Assembly: GCA_038496445.1 (NCBI GenBank) | Contig: JALMLS010000281.1 | Location: forward strand, 115,610 to 179,609 | DNA: 64,000 bases | Source: Trichosphaerium sp. ATCC 40318 | Lineage: Eukaryota; Protista; Tubulinea | Direction: 5' to 3' | Shown here: positions 26,232 to 39,464 of the stretch, piece after piece | Layout of the letters: every line of letters starts with the position of its first letter | Position numbering within the stretch: position 1 is the stretch's first letter | Notes under the pieces: model-generated | Told to the model about the DNA's origin: nothing | Databases searched by the model: none | Seen by the model: only the letters and a program-made list of their open reading frames with translations | Program-made: the position numbers and the translations under genes

Positions 26232-26945
26232 ATGTCGATGCGCAAACTGTGTGCTGTATTACTTACGTTGATAAGTATAGCGTATAACGCTGAGCGATGC
26301 GGGCTGAAGGGTAGATTATTGCTATTTAGTGATACAATTGTACACGTGATGACAAATGACTTGAACGTGTCTTCAACAGTAGGCCAGTTCGTAGAAATCG
26401 CCACTGACGCAATTTTACCTGTTATTCACGAGTCTCATTTTGGTTGTACTTATTTTGCAAAAGGAGCGCCTCCAGCTATAATAAGCGCACCAAACAACGT
26501 TAAAAATGACAGCTATCTGTATCCTTACTCCAACGGAACAATATCCTCAAACACCGAAGGCTTTGCATGTGCAGTTGTTATTGATAAGCTACAGACCGCT
26601 CAACATGGTATTGACACTCTGGAGTTGACTTCAATAGGGTATAGCAGACATTCTATCCACATGTTCTCCCACGTGAACAAAATAGTACAAGAGTGCGATG
26701 ACGAAATAGGAACACTTGAGGGCGATCAAGGAGTATACAATATCACTTTTTTGATCAATGACATGTTTGATGCTGTAGTTGTAGATAAGGCGAAATGGCC
26801 CAAAGGTTGTGCGCCCAGTGTATTCGATTTGCAATACCGCAAGAGCTTGAATATTACTGTTGATTTTGAACAAGATTTAGTGTGCTTAAGGCTTAGATGT
26901 GACACTGACGTATACTGTCCTTGGACTTTAATAGTGACTTCATAA
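26232..26945 (+). CDS. Hypothetical protein, intronless, possible signal peptide, Cys-containing
   Basis: 237-aa uninterrupted ORF; hydrophobic N-terminus KLCAVLLTLISIA; AATAAA shortly downstream. Confidence 0.55.
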   Translation: MSMRKLCAVLLTLISIAYNAERCGLKGRLLLFSDTIVHVMTNDLNVSSTVGQFVEIATDAILPVIHESHFGCTYFAKGAPPAIISAPNNVKNDSYLYPYSNGTISSNTEGFACAVVIDKLQTAQHGIDTLELTSIGYSRHSIHMFSHVNKIVQECDDEIGTLEGDQGVYNITFLINDMFDAVVVDKAKWPKGCAPSVFDLQYRKSLNITVDFEQDLVCLRLRCDTDVYCPWTLIVTS

Positions 26946-27038
26946 ACGGTACAACCACGTTGAATAAAATTCGCTTTCCATACAGTCCATTCTTTCCTTA
27001 TAAAGTACTACAATGCAAGAACTCCTAACCTACCAACT

Positions 27039-27465
27039 TCAATAAAGAATGTCATTGCACTGGTTAACACCATGTTTCCCATATCTTTTGAAATCAGTAG
27101 CGTAGCCACTCCAGGTTAGATGTTGCCTCAAATGCGTTAAAAGGTAAACTAGAAGCCTGCAATTAGGATTTTTCAAAAATATCAAACACAATATGTCATC
27201 ATACCTGAGGTTATGTACCTTTATATGAGTTGCACACGGCTCCATTATACCCCTTTACTGGTGTATCTGTAATGATTACTCGAAACACTAGACAGTTTCC
27301 TTTGACAGGATGCAACCATTGCGACATGTCTTTTTCTGCAAAATCTATGTACTCAATTTGATCGGACGTATGATATGACGTTATGCGAAACGTGGTGTAA
27401 GGATTATGAATTCTTATGTATTGACATAAATCTGATGGGACGCGTAGTGACATTATCTGAAACAA
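27039..27465 (-). pseudogene. Hypothetical gene split across two overlapping frames
   Basis: Two protein-like ORFs overlap at 27211-27245 with no intron of usable length. No family recognised. Confidence 0.3.
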
Positions 27466-27976
27466 AGCTTAAGGATTTTTGACAATTCTTATTGTATTGC
27501 GAGATCTACAATCTAAAGCAAGGTTGTTATTTCTTGGGGTATTTAACATTCGAAAGGTAAGGTTGGCAAATGCAATAAGCATGTAGATTGTGTTATATGT
27601 ATTTACTCAACAGCTTTCTACAAGTTTGGTGAGTAACGAAACAGCGTCAGTGAGCGACTAGAATGGCACTTATTCGCACATTAGCCGTTCACATTTACCC
27701 CTGAGTTGCTAGGTTGCCTTTGTTTCTTGTTTTTCTTACATGCCAAGAGTACTTTTTGTTTCAAAGCATAGACATAGTTCAAAGCAAGTTGTGAAAATGT
27801 TTGCAATGGGTATTTCCTAATTTGGGTAAAGGGTCTGTTGTTGCATGTTTAATTCTCTCGTCATACAAAAGTCGTTGTTTTAATATTACAGCCCTCTAAT
27901 ACGTGTTGTACCATGGGAGACAGTGTAACACGAAATAAAACTTTACTGACACTAAAACAACAGCTAGGTAAAGCAA

Positions 27977-28665
27977 ATGCAAGCGTTTGAAGCTAATAGA
28001 GATGAAAATAACTCTACAGCAATAAAAGAACGTTTTACACCTAACTTGGGCGCATCTGCGTATGATGAACTACTAATGCATGATGAATGGACACAACTAA
28101 AGGCCAAACGAAACCTAACTGATAAAATCAAGTACAAGGCTGAGGGCGTTGGTTTATTAGATGCGGAGAATGTTCCTATAGGAACTGTTACTTATGCTAT
28201 AAACCTCATTAGCCATATACCAGAAGCTGAAAAGAAGGAGGCGATAAAAATTATAGAAGAAATGAAAATGAATGAAGTTTGTGCTTTGAGATTTATAAGC
28301 CCGTACGCCCTTGTTTACATTGATTACTCTTTCTCACAATACACAGACCAAGTGCCAAAGAAATACATTTCACAAGTTTTCGTATAAAAAAGCACATGCA
28401 CAACAATAAGCAATGTTATGACTACATGGTACTAAGTAGGTATTTTGAGAAAAAAGATCCACCTGAACCAATACTATCAAGCAATTCTATTTTGGCATTT
28501 GCTGTCACTGCTGCAAGTTGTGCTGGTATTGCGATGGGTCTGACAGCTGCACCTATTGCTATTGGTGTAAGTGCTGTTGTTGGAGGAATATTGGGAGCTA
28601 CAGGGCAAAGAATATCGCACATGAGAGCTAACATGTCTGATGTAAAACGGAAGGAAATAAAGTAA
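27977..28665 (+). CDS. Hypothetical protein with a C-terminal Gly/Ala-rich hydrophobic hairpin; split into two ORFs (frameshift or unresolved intron)
   Basis: ORFs 27977-28387 and 28396-28665 (AFAVTAASCAGIAMGLTAAPIAIGVSAVVGGILGATG). A colinear paralogue of both parts lies at 33059-33625. Confidence 0.5.
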
Positions 28666-28804
28666 GCTTTGTGGCGTTCATATTTATTGTCACAGTACTG
28701 TACGTGGTAGATTAAAGGTGGTTTTGTTATCGAATACCGTATGAAACGCCACAGGCTTATTTTTAGCGATGTAACTTAATGCGTGCATTTGTTTGGCATC
28801 CACA

Positions 28805-31800
28805 ACGCAAGTTGTGAAAATGTTTGTGATGGGTATTTCCTAATTTGGTAACCGTCTGTTGTTGCATGTTTAACTCCCTCGTCATACAATAGTCGTTGAT
28901 TTATTGCAAGTATAATCTCTAATACGTGTTGCACCATGGGAGACAGTGTAAAACCATGTAACATTTACTTAAACAGCTAGGTGAATCAAATGCATAGAGG
29001 TAAAAATGGTGCTACAATAATAGCGTATCAGGCCAAAAAAGGAGCTGTCCCTTAATTTTCTTAGACGGTAATAGCCGGCTATAACCAGTCCAAAAACTTT
29101 CGCGGTTAACCGGCTGTAGCCGTGTAGCGACCACCTCAATAGAAGATCAAATAGTAGAAAGTCTTTCTCTTCTTCCCCAGCAACGTTGTATTTCTCGGCA
29201 ACAAAACTAAAAAGAGGTGATCGCGTAGTGTGCCTCGGATGTGCTGGGTAAACAAGATGAATTTATCATCCGTCGTTACCTTAGAGCACAAGGTTTTCAA
29301 GAGAACTCAGAAGAATTAATTTTGTCGGAGTATTAACCACCGACCTTTCACCACTTAGTAACGGTCGCTACAAACTGCCTGGTTCTCCCGCACTCTGCAG
29401 GAGACAAGACAAGTCAGCAGCGCCACAACATAGCAGTGAGTCATTGTAGATTGGTTTATGGAACAAGGGTTTTAGATAAGCGAAGTAGATTACGAAGTAT
29501 TTTTTAAAGACCCTTGCTCCCTTACATTAAAACGAAGTATATCAATGACCAGTCAGGCAGTTGGGAAGCACGACAACTATGCACCTCGATTTTAAAAAGG
29601 GATCAACTGTGCTTTTATCCACGTGCCTATTGATTTAAAAAAAAAATGTGGGAAGGATGAAACGACTGAAACAGTTTATGGCGGGTTGTAAGATCGTTGT
29701 GGTCGCAGTATAGAAACACAAAAGAAGTTGGTTCTTAGTTTCTGAAAAACGTGAAAACTCAATTTTTTTCAAATCAAAAAGGATACTGTTTTTCGCACAG
29801 AAAACGTTATTGGCAATTGATACCTTTTTATTACGTACAGGGCACCATCAATTGAGTGGCCTGTTTAGTGAGTTTTCGCTTCCGAGTAGCTTGAAAACCC
29901 TCAAACGACTGAAACGAGCCCAGACTATGTACGCAGCGAAACAAATAAAAAGTTTTGTGTGGACTTTGAACGTGCTGCCAGCAAAATGAATCGAACTGCA
30001 TGAAACTTGAGACACACGAAACTCGGTACTATAAGAGAACTAGTTTAGATGTGTCCAACACTTGATTACTAATACTCTGGTTAAACGGGGCAACATCGCT
30101 TTTGAGACTGTTTCAGACATTCCTGAAAATATATGTTTTGAAAAAAATTGTCGGTACTTTGCCTTGGCACAGCATAAACGAATTGGAAAGTTGTTTTTAT
30201 ACCTATAAGTATAGCATCCTAGATACATGTTGAAAATACCAATTGAAGTTTAAGATGGTTCTGAGGTGAGTAAAAACATTCTCGAAATCCAGTAACACTA
30301 GTAGTTCTTATGATAGTAACCGACAGTATGGAAGCTGTTGGTTCTAGCACTGGAGGTAAAGTTGGCATGTAATCTGGAGCGAATAGAATTGGCGTAAGTG
30401 ACATAATTTTACCCAAAACTAGCGTCGATTACATCAAAAAAGCGTTCATGTAAATAGTATGAACGTCATTCTATGTTGAGTGTCGTGTTGGAAAACAATT
30501 GTTGCGATAGTAATTTTGAAAGCGCATAAAAATTTTTGTCAATGGTTGCTAGCTTACCGATAAAATTGTTGATAGAAGTCTATTATATCAGCAGATGTAA
30601 TAATAAACCAACCACTATCCGATAGGGACGATTTTTGTAAGCAGTTCACACTTTCAAAAAAAGTCTAGCACACCTCAAAAACGTTAGTTTTGGCCAAATT
30701 TTGGATATGCTTCAGAATGCATGTGTTTCTATAATATACTTGAACCAGAACTTACTGGTAATTAATAGTGTACTTCAATCAACTATTTCATTGAAACTAA
30801 AAACAAGTTTTTACTGCTTGGGATCATATTGTTCTCCTCTATCGCCACCATGTTTTGCAGGTAATTCTTTTATACCATAGTGATTAAGGATTACATTCTG
30901 TCGTTTTTGGCATTTTTTATCACTTTCAGTGTTCCACATAAAGCTATCGTCACCCGTCTCTACACCTGATTGCTGTAAATTGGTCATTTTTTTGAACAAT
31001 CATTCTAACCCACAGATACCTTTTTCAAATCTTTTCTTTTGGCGGCAGGTGCTTAATAAACCATTGTGTACATTTGCGCAGTTATAGAGTATTTGATGAT
31101 TTAGGTATCAAAACACAGAGGTTACTTTTTCATAGAACTTGATGAACAAATATTTTAATGAAAATGTCAAAAAACTCGCCCTTGCTTGGTAATTTATTGC
31201 ATCAGAGAGCCACAAAGCTTGCTGTAGCTATGGTTTACCACTATAGAAGTTTTAGAGACAGAACTTAGTTTTTACTTGGAGAATCTTCAAAAACAGTTTC
31301 TTTGAAACTATGCTGCTACAACTTGTTTAGCTATTGCTGAAAGTTATGCTGTATCATACACAGTACATGAACTGTACTTTCAAAGAGTCAGGGACCTTCA
31401 ATTACTCATGGTATTTCATAAAACGTAAAATTGCTTATGGTAACAGAGGACAGAATATTGGAATTTACAGATTACGCAAGGCTGTACAGACTTGAAACCC
31501 TTCTTAACATATGTTAAATAGCTATTATATGTATATACATCATTTAAACGCTTGTACACGCTTGCCCTACATCGTTATTGGGGAACTCGGTTTGACTACA
31601 ATATTAACACAGCAAACAAACTTTTTAAGCGTTTTCTGAGCGATAAACGTCATTTAATGGTACATTGTACATACATGTTCATATTTTGGTACCATAAGCT
31701 TTATTTTAGCCCATAACGCAGAAATTTATTTGCAAGAGCCATTTATGACGATTCTAGGCTTGAATCATCTTCTTATTGTCAATGAAGCTCGGTTGAAGCT

Positions 31801-33630
31801 TTTTTAGCTATGTATTAAAAAAAAACGCCAAAAAACATGTAAAAAAGTAAATAATTTATTTCACACTTAGAGCTTAACAATAGAGCCATTCGTTCTAGAG
31901 ATACATTCACATATGCTAAAGCATTGATATGAGACGTGTGAACCACTTACAAAAATAGTCCCTAGTTGGGTGACAGTGGATTTTGGTTGTAAGTTCACGT
32001 GAAAAAAAAAATCAGCAGTAAACTCTTTCCAAGGGTCCCCTTTTAAGTCTAGAGGCTATATACGCCTAAATATAGCAAAAACTCGCAAGAAAACATTGTC
32101 AAATAGTGACGTGTACATCTCGAAAAAATGCTAAATTTCAGCCAGTTACAAACAAACTTTGCACTTTTTCAGAAAACCGACACTTGCAGATATAGGTAAA
32201 GCAATGATTGTACGATATATATGTGCTACTATGAGTAATACCAAAGTTGATGACTACAAGTTAATACCACAATAAATTTGGATGATTCGCAAAGATCAAA
32301 TCCTGGATTTTTATTAAACTCCAGGAACGCCTTGGTAAATGGGACGCGTAACCCAATATCTCTCAAAAAACCCTTCTTACGTTGGTCCAATCAAAGGCTT
32401 GTAGGCGGTGCTGATCCAAATAATCAGCACCTGCCGTAATCGACTTAAACTCTTCCACCCACACGATTTGCTACAAAAGGGCTCGCCATAATTGGAAGGC
32501 GAGCCTGGCAATGATGCCCCGATACCCTTCTTGCAACAAGTTTGCACGTTTGACATTCACGTGTAAGCTCTAGCAATACCCCAAACTTCATCAAACTGGC
32601 TTGATATCAACTGTGTTCAAACACAACCAGAGCCAAAGGCTGCTACGGATCACTGCTGCGCGTCTGCTTGTTCCATGCACTCCACTGACTCAATCACCTC
32701 TATTATGGGTGCTCTCATGTCTCTGCACCTTCGGCTCATCAATTGCCGGCCCTTTGAACAAAGAAAACAAACTAGTTTTCAACACAAGCAATACAAAGTA
32801 GTATTCCACGCTTTGACCCAAAAAAAAAGAGTTGGTAGCGTAGCGTGCCCCATAGTATTGCGCTCCATTAGTGCTGTAGCATCAGATAGAGCACCTATGT
32901 AACGAAGAAGCTTTACTCCTTCGTTGCGAATTGTGCAACGAAGTATGGTTTTCCCAACGCATGAATGCATCAGTATGTTGTTTCTGCAAGGTTTACGAAG
33001 TATGTCTACAATTGTATTGGCATCCCGAGAGATTTAACGGATTCATTCTCGAAGTATTATAGCAACATAATGTTAATCTGCTGTTGACGAAGTACTGATG
33101 CATGATGAATGCAACTAAAGGCTAAAAGAAACTAATAAATCAAGTACAAGACTGAGGATATAGCTTTACGTGAAGTAGAAAAGGTTACCATAGGAGGTAT
33201 CATTAGTACTATAGACCTCAACAGACATATACCTGAATCTGAAAAGAAGGAAGCAGCACAAATTGTTGAAGCAATGAACACGAATGAAGTTTGTGCTGTG
33301 AGATTTATAAGCCCGTACACCTTTGCTACTTTCGTTCGTCTAACGTATTATGTAGACCAAAAGCAGAACAGCTATATTTTCTACGTGTATGCACAACGAT
33401 AGGCAAGTTTATTTATAGAACTTCGCAGGTATTTTAAGAAACCTGAACTGATAATATCAAGCATTTCTATTTTGGCAATAGCTGTTAGGTGGTTGTGCTG
33501 ATAGCAATGATTCTTACCGCTGAACCGATTGCTATTGCTGTCAGTGCTGTGATTGGTGGTATATTGGAGCTACGGGACAAAAAATATTGTACATAAGAGC
33601 TAACACGTGCCTGATGTTTAAAAAGTTCGA
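28805..33630 (+). pseudogene. Decayed tandem duplicate of 27785-28650, split by a 4-kb insertion
   Basis: 28805-29024 matches 27785-28028 and 33059-33625 matches about 28024-28650, with stops and indels. Confidence 0.8.
29025..33058. mobile_element. Insertion of about 4.0 kb, class unknown, flanked by an ATAGC direct repeat
   Basis: ATAGC at 29020-29024 and 33059-33063. Joining the flanks gives caataatagcaacat, matching caataaaagaacgt in the uninterrupted paralogue. The interior has no intact long ORF. Confidence 0.55.
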
Positions 33631-33845
33631 TTGAATAAACTATTGCACAGTTATGTTTGAGGCAATAATCAGGTTGAAAAGACATCGGGGCTACTCTTCC
33701 ATGGGATGACGTTTTGCTACATGAGATTTAGAATCAACCTGATAAAGCACTATCCAAGGAATACAATAACGCCTAAATGCCAAGCGAAGTTAAGTGAAAG
33801 TTGTTGTCCGTTAAGGTCTGTGACATTTCACAGCGGTCTATTAGC

Positions 33846-35322
33846 ATGGAGGATAGCATTTGCACACTTCCAGTAGAGCTTTTGTTTAAAATAGCGGCAA
33901 ACGGCTTGAACTGTAAGGATTGCCATTGTTTACAAGCGACATGCTGCCACCTAAGCAATATACTATGTAGCGACCCATTCTGGGCGTACCTAATTCGAAA
34001 CACTACCAGAAGTCATATTTCCCCTCTTAACGAGTGTATACAAACGGTATAATGATATATACGGCTCAGGCGAAATTATAACACAAGTTAGGACGAAAAC
34101 CTATATAAGTTCGCTCTGAGCTTCGATTCGAATGCTCTGGCACGGTCAATGATAAGTAATTGTAAAAACAGGCGGAAAATTGACTGCAGAGCAGCCAGGT
34201 GTCTGTTGTTTCATGTAAACACAATTTTTTCACAAGAAGAAAATATTATTTACGTCGATGGACCGACAACAGTTGTTGGTAGCCTAAATGGACAAATCGC
34301 TGATTTACTACATATATTCAATGTCACAGGATGGCCACCAAATGTCCAGTATCTATTTTTGGGAGCATACACGGGAGGGTAAGTACAAAATTTAGTGTAC
34401 ATTTTTTCTTGATACATTTATTTTTTTTGACTCAAAGTCACGTGTGCTGTATGTAACCTCACGTTTTTTTGTTGTTTATTACTGCTAGTAAAACGTGTAG
34501 TCTATATATTGTTAAATTCTGACTCCTTTCTCGTAGCGGTTTCCACTCAATTCGTTTGTTTCTACTATTGGCAGCATTAAAGATTTGTAACCCTAATTGT
34601 GTACACATGCTTCGTGGAATTCGTGAAACTTCAAGTGGTAGCTGGCTGCTTAAAAAGTGTGAGCTAGAAAACGCTGACTTGTGGGAAGTACTATGTACCA
34701 CATTCAAAACCCTTCCTTTGGCTTCTATTGTGGCGGACTCGTATTTTTGTGTTTATGGAGGCCTTGTCGAGGATATAGGAGAAATTGATAACGTTAATCG
34801 ATTCGTACATTCCGAAGAGAGCAGCTTAATTAACGGACTTATGAGTAACTCATTCTTGGAAACAAGTGAACACGTTTGGGAGGTTCTACCAGATACACTT
34901 AGTACGTTTGCTATTATTTTTTCTTCAAAATTTTTTTGTTGTCACGTGTTCGTTTACACATGAACAATGTCTTGTTAGACAAAATCTCTTTCTTTCGTTG
35001 TTGTTGTATTGACTGTTTTTAAGAGCAAGCTTGCGGAGGAGGTGTTGTTAAGGAATTTTTGGCAGGAAACGATCTGAGAGGAATTATTCGTTCTAGGACG
35101 CTATATATCGAAGGATACAATGTTGCTCATGGCACTGTACATACTATAATGAGTGATTCAAACAAAAATTATAGAGTCGCCAATACTGGAGCTATACTAA
35201 GAGTCAAAAAGGATTTATCAGTGGAGCCTACAATATACTTCGTAACAGATGAACAAAGAAAGAAAATCACAAAGAATTTTGCTGTTCATGTTAACATTTA
35301 TCCCTCTGTTATGTGCAAGTGA
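33846..35322 (+). CDS. F-box + PPP-family (PP1/PP2A/PP2B-like) pseudophosphatase; 3 introns
   Basis: F-box ICTLPVELLFKIA...LQATCCHLSNILCSDPFW. A 45-nt intron (34047-34091) joins it in frame to a PPP fold: VVGSLNGQIADL, YLFLGAYTGGG, MLRGIRE, LPLASIV, CVYGGL, IIRSR, SNKNY. Confidence 0.85.
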
Positions 35323-35633
35323 TTATTGACTTTGTAAGGATAGCTAGTTTTAACAATCTGATGTAAACTAAACTACACAGTGCTAGCTTGTATAAGATAA
35401 CATGTAACTATTCTGCAAGCAATTTTGTTTCAGTAATTGGTTGAGAAAAAAATTGGAAAAGAGTTTATCTGATACGCACTTTATGTTTGTTGTAACGTTG
35501 TATGGTCTTTTGTTTGCTACACTACGTTTGCATAACGTCTTTCAATGAAACTAACGGAAATATAAAAGGTTGACGTGTCGTTTAACTGAAGGACACTATC
35601 AACACATTCATGCTTTTTATAAAACAACAACTG

Positions 35634-37300
35634 ATGAGCAACTGGGCACCAAAAACAACAAGCGGAAATGCGCCTGTACGCACACAGTATAGACGTGGTA
35701 GAGGACGCGGTAGAGGAGGTAGAGGACGTGGCAGAGGAGGATACCACACAAGTACCTACTTAGTGCGGCTAATTACGCGTTAATTATTGGTTTAAGCGTC
35801 TAAAGGAGCTAATAAACAAGCTCAGCAGGCAAATAAAATCTATGACGCTCTTGGGACGTTTAAACGTTATAACTTGGTTGACATCGGCGCAAACATAGCT
35901 CACAAAAGGTAGATAAAGGATATAAGTAAATTCTATTATTAATTACGCTAAAAGGTTTCAAAAAGATTACCCAGACATGCTAAAGCGCGCAGAAACGTTC
36001 GGGGTAAGTTTACTTTGTCTACAAGGCTAATAGTCTCGCTAGGTTTCCAAAATTGTTATTACTGGTACTAGCGTTAAATCAAGCAGAACAGCGCTCAAGT
36101 TAGCCGAAGTACGACAAATACAAAGCTGTTTATCCGTTTTCTCTTTGAATTCACTTCTCAGGCGCCTTTCTTACTTATAAATCTATCTAGAAACATGGAG
36201 ATGCTATGCCAGCTTTGTTTGCTACTGCTGGAGTTCATCCACATGATGCGAAGAGTTGTGATAATGGGACAATGCAATTGCTTGAAGATTTTGCACAATC
36301 TGACAAGGTAAAATGTTTTACTGTACAACAACCTTTGGGGCGCTACAGCCATACACATTTGAGCATCCGTTAATCCAGTGCTATCGTAAAATGTTGTTTG
36401 CACTGGAAGGTTTCTCCAACACTGAGGTTTTTCAGAAACACGTGCTAAGTTCTTATGTTTTTTTTCAGGTTGTAGCTATTGGTGAATGTGGATTGGTATG
36501 TGCTTTGATTGCAACTTGTAACGTCAACACTAACGTCCTTTTGTAGGATTATAACAGGTTATTCTCAACTGCAGAAGAACAGAAACTATGGTACCCTTGT
36601 TGACGTAAAAGATAGACAGAATTGTTTACATTGTTAAAGGTTTGAAGAACAACTCAAATTAGCAGCAAAGCTTAAAATGCCTGTATTCTTACATGAGCGC
36701 GATGCTCATAAAGATTTTGTTGAGATTCTTAAAAAATACATGGTATTCTCATTCCAAAACAATGCATCGCATAGTTGGCTAACATTGAGGTTTTTTTCAG
36801 GATGTAATACCAGGAGCTTGTGTTCATTGCTTTACTGGGACAAAAGAACAATTAGAAGTCTATATAAATATGGGTTGCCATATAGGTATAACTGGTTGGG
36901 TTTCTGATAAGAAACGTGGTGATACTCTACGTGATATAGTCCACATGATTCCATTGAATAAGTACGTTCTTATTTTTTACTTACTTTTTATTCTTGTTTG
37001 ACACTGTCAACCTTGCTGCTACAGACTTGAACCTTGTAGTTTGTCACTACTTAATTTATAGATCGATTGAGTTGCTTCATACTCTGACTGGTTTTTTTTC
37101 ATAGGCTCATGATTGAAACAGATTGTCCGTTCCTTACGCCTCATAATATGCCACAGCGTAGTTCAAGGAATGAACCTTGTTTCTTACCATTTGTTTTAAA
37201 ACAATTGGCTATTAGTATGGGAAAATCAGAGGAAACAATTGCTTTGGAGACAACTAAGACAGCAAACCAGTTCTTTAACATAAAGTCAACAAAAGACTAA
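35634..37300 (+). CDS. tatD: TatD-family DNase with an N-terminal RG/RGG-rich extension; multi-exon
   Basis: VDIGAN, ITGTS, TAGVHPHDAK, VAIGECGLDYNR, FLHERDAH, VHCFTG, IGITGW, MIETDCPFL, RNEP. Exon 1 encodes RRGRGRGRGGRGRGRGG. Confidence 0.93.
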
Positions 37301-37488
37301 ACTAACACGAAAAATAAAGTAGATTCAGAACAAAATAAACTATTTTACGCAAACTGTTTGTCTAGTCCACAGTCTCACACAAAATACTCGCTCCAACCTG
37401 ACTAATGACAATCTTTGAGTTCGGTTGTATTTGCTAAACGGATAAAAACACTAATGTCGAAGACACGTTATGAGTATAGTACAAAAAT

Positions 37489-39267
37489 TTAATCTTCTAT
37501 CACTTGTATCAGTGGCTTTTTTACAGGTTGTTTTTCAGTTTTAAGTATTTTAATCTTATCTGGTTGTTTTGTTGATTTAGGCTTTAAGGAATCATCCACT
37601 ACAGGCTTAGGTGGCGTAGTTCTTCGCTCTTTAACCATACCAATTTGTTTATCGTAAGTATTCTTAACAACAGGTTGTAAAAGAACAAAATCTTCCCAAG
37701 GTTGAGCATTTGCCCAAACAACAAAGAAGAACAGTTTCCTGACGTATATCTTCATCTTTTTATCCCCTTTCTTGTTGGCAGGTTTATCTCCCTTCTTTTT
37801 AACACCTTTATAAGTCATATAAGTAAAGGCGTCTCATTGTATGAACAAGATTTTGAAAGATAAAAAAAAGTTTTTAGAAGAAACAATGTTTGATCCGTAT
37901 CTGTCCACACAAGCGATCTAGTACTTGATGGTCATCATAGACCAGTTTTTATATTGGGTGGGGAACGAGAGCACCTTACTTTCAAGAAGAGAGGGTTCAG
38001 AGTCCGCCCGTGAGAGGCAAAAAAGAAATTCAAAAAAAACTCATTCACGTACTCGTTGTTTGTACGTAATTCATGAAGCGATATATATCCCATAACGCTC
38101 CCACAAGATGTGACTTACATTTCAGGATATGCAATATATCTGTTAAAACATGTAATGAAAAATCAAGCGAAGTATGAACCAAAGGCTATGAGCAACAATT
38201 AGTTTTTGAAAAAAGAAAAAAAGCAAAAAAAAGCTGAAAAGTACTTCCTTCACAAAACAAAACAAACGTACATTTCTTGAGCTTGCTATGGCTTCTTCAA
38301 TAGCTAAGAACCCAGCATCATAAACAATACCATCACTTAAAACCTTTGACAGCTGTAGTATGCAAGAAACTGTTGATACAGCGTCACCAGTTGGATCTCC
38401 GTTATACAAGCGCCATGTGTACGCATAAGCGTATAGAATGTCAAGGAGGTTATTGTATAGCTTTATAGATGGTTCTCTCTTTATCATTGAAGATAATGGC
38501 GGTAGCTCTTCAGAAGGCCAAGGAATAGCTTTTGGTTGTGGTGTATCTGTTATTTCTTGTACAAGCGTCTACAGAACGGAACGTTAGATACGCTTTAAGG
38601 GATGAGAGAGGTTCAATTTTTGTTTGGTTTAAAACAATACCTGATCATCTAGAAGCCACCACGGATCCCATATGGGTACGTTGGCGTCAATTTGACCTTC
38701 TCGCAGTGCTCGAGCGAAATCTTGTTGTAAATGCTTTGGTAACTTGTCAAACAAGTCTGGATCGTCTAGGTTGCGCGTAAGGAACGATCGCATGGGTCAT
38801 TTGTGGTATTGTGCCGAAACGACTTGAAAAATGCAATCGGCTTAGCGATTTCGTACCTAGATCCATACTTTCTAATTCCTCGTACATGCCGTCAACGTCG
38901 TGGTCTTCTTCCTCTTGAAACTTTCGTAAAACTTGCATTATCTGTAGTCTGTCTTCTTTCGATGCCTTGGTGTTCTTTAGGGCGTCCACGATGTTTTCTT
39001 TGTAAAATCCTTCTGTACAACTATCCGAATGTTTCTAGTGTCTATGAGCGCTGTAAGTATTGTCGTAACGAAATTGCGTACCTTGTAGCATTCTAAAGAG
39101 CAAAGGCGCCATTTACATTTTGGACACGAGTATTTAGACATTTCCTTCTTACACCTATCAGTATTAGAGCTACACCACGGATTAAAACTAGTTTACAAGT
39201 AACATCGCGATCTATCCGTTTTAATAACTTCAGGGTTATCTGCACCCTCTAGTATCTGTGTTGCCAT
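37489..39267 (-). CDS. ZNHIT2: Zinc finger HIT domain protein, ZNHIT2-like; multi-exon
   Basis: CYL|CKKEMSKYSCPKCKWRLCSLECYK...HSDSCTEGFYKENI, PWW motif, NLLDILYAYAYTWRLYNGD, KLFFFVVWAN, C-terminal KPLIQVIED. Confidence 0.85.
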
Positions 39268-39464
39268 CGTTGAACCGCGTTAGTGCTAAAAAACTTATTG
39301 AAAACAACACATGGCTTAAAGTGTTGGCGAGGAACGCCATGAAATGGTAATGTGGCACCACTATCGCGCGTTGCATACTTCCAAACGAATATTTCATCTA
39401 ACCAAATTTTACTGAGAGAGATTGCGTTATGTACATATTTGTTATTACAAAGCAGGCAGTAGGT

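Noticed and set aside
30040-30760. Penelope/RT-like words (ITSADIIDFY, FAPDY, CI*DAILI) on the minus strand
   Set aside because: Motif spacing is off, the YxDD equivalent contains a stop, and the similarity is too weak to call without a profile search. Mentioned only as a lead.
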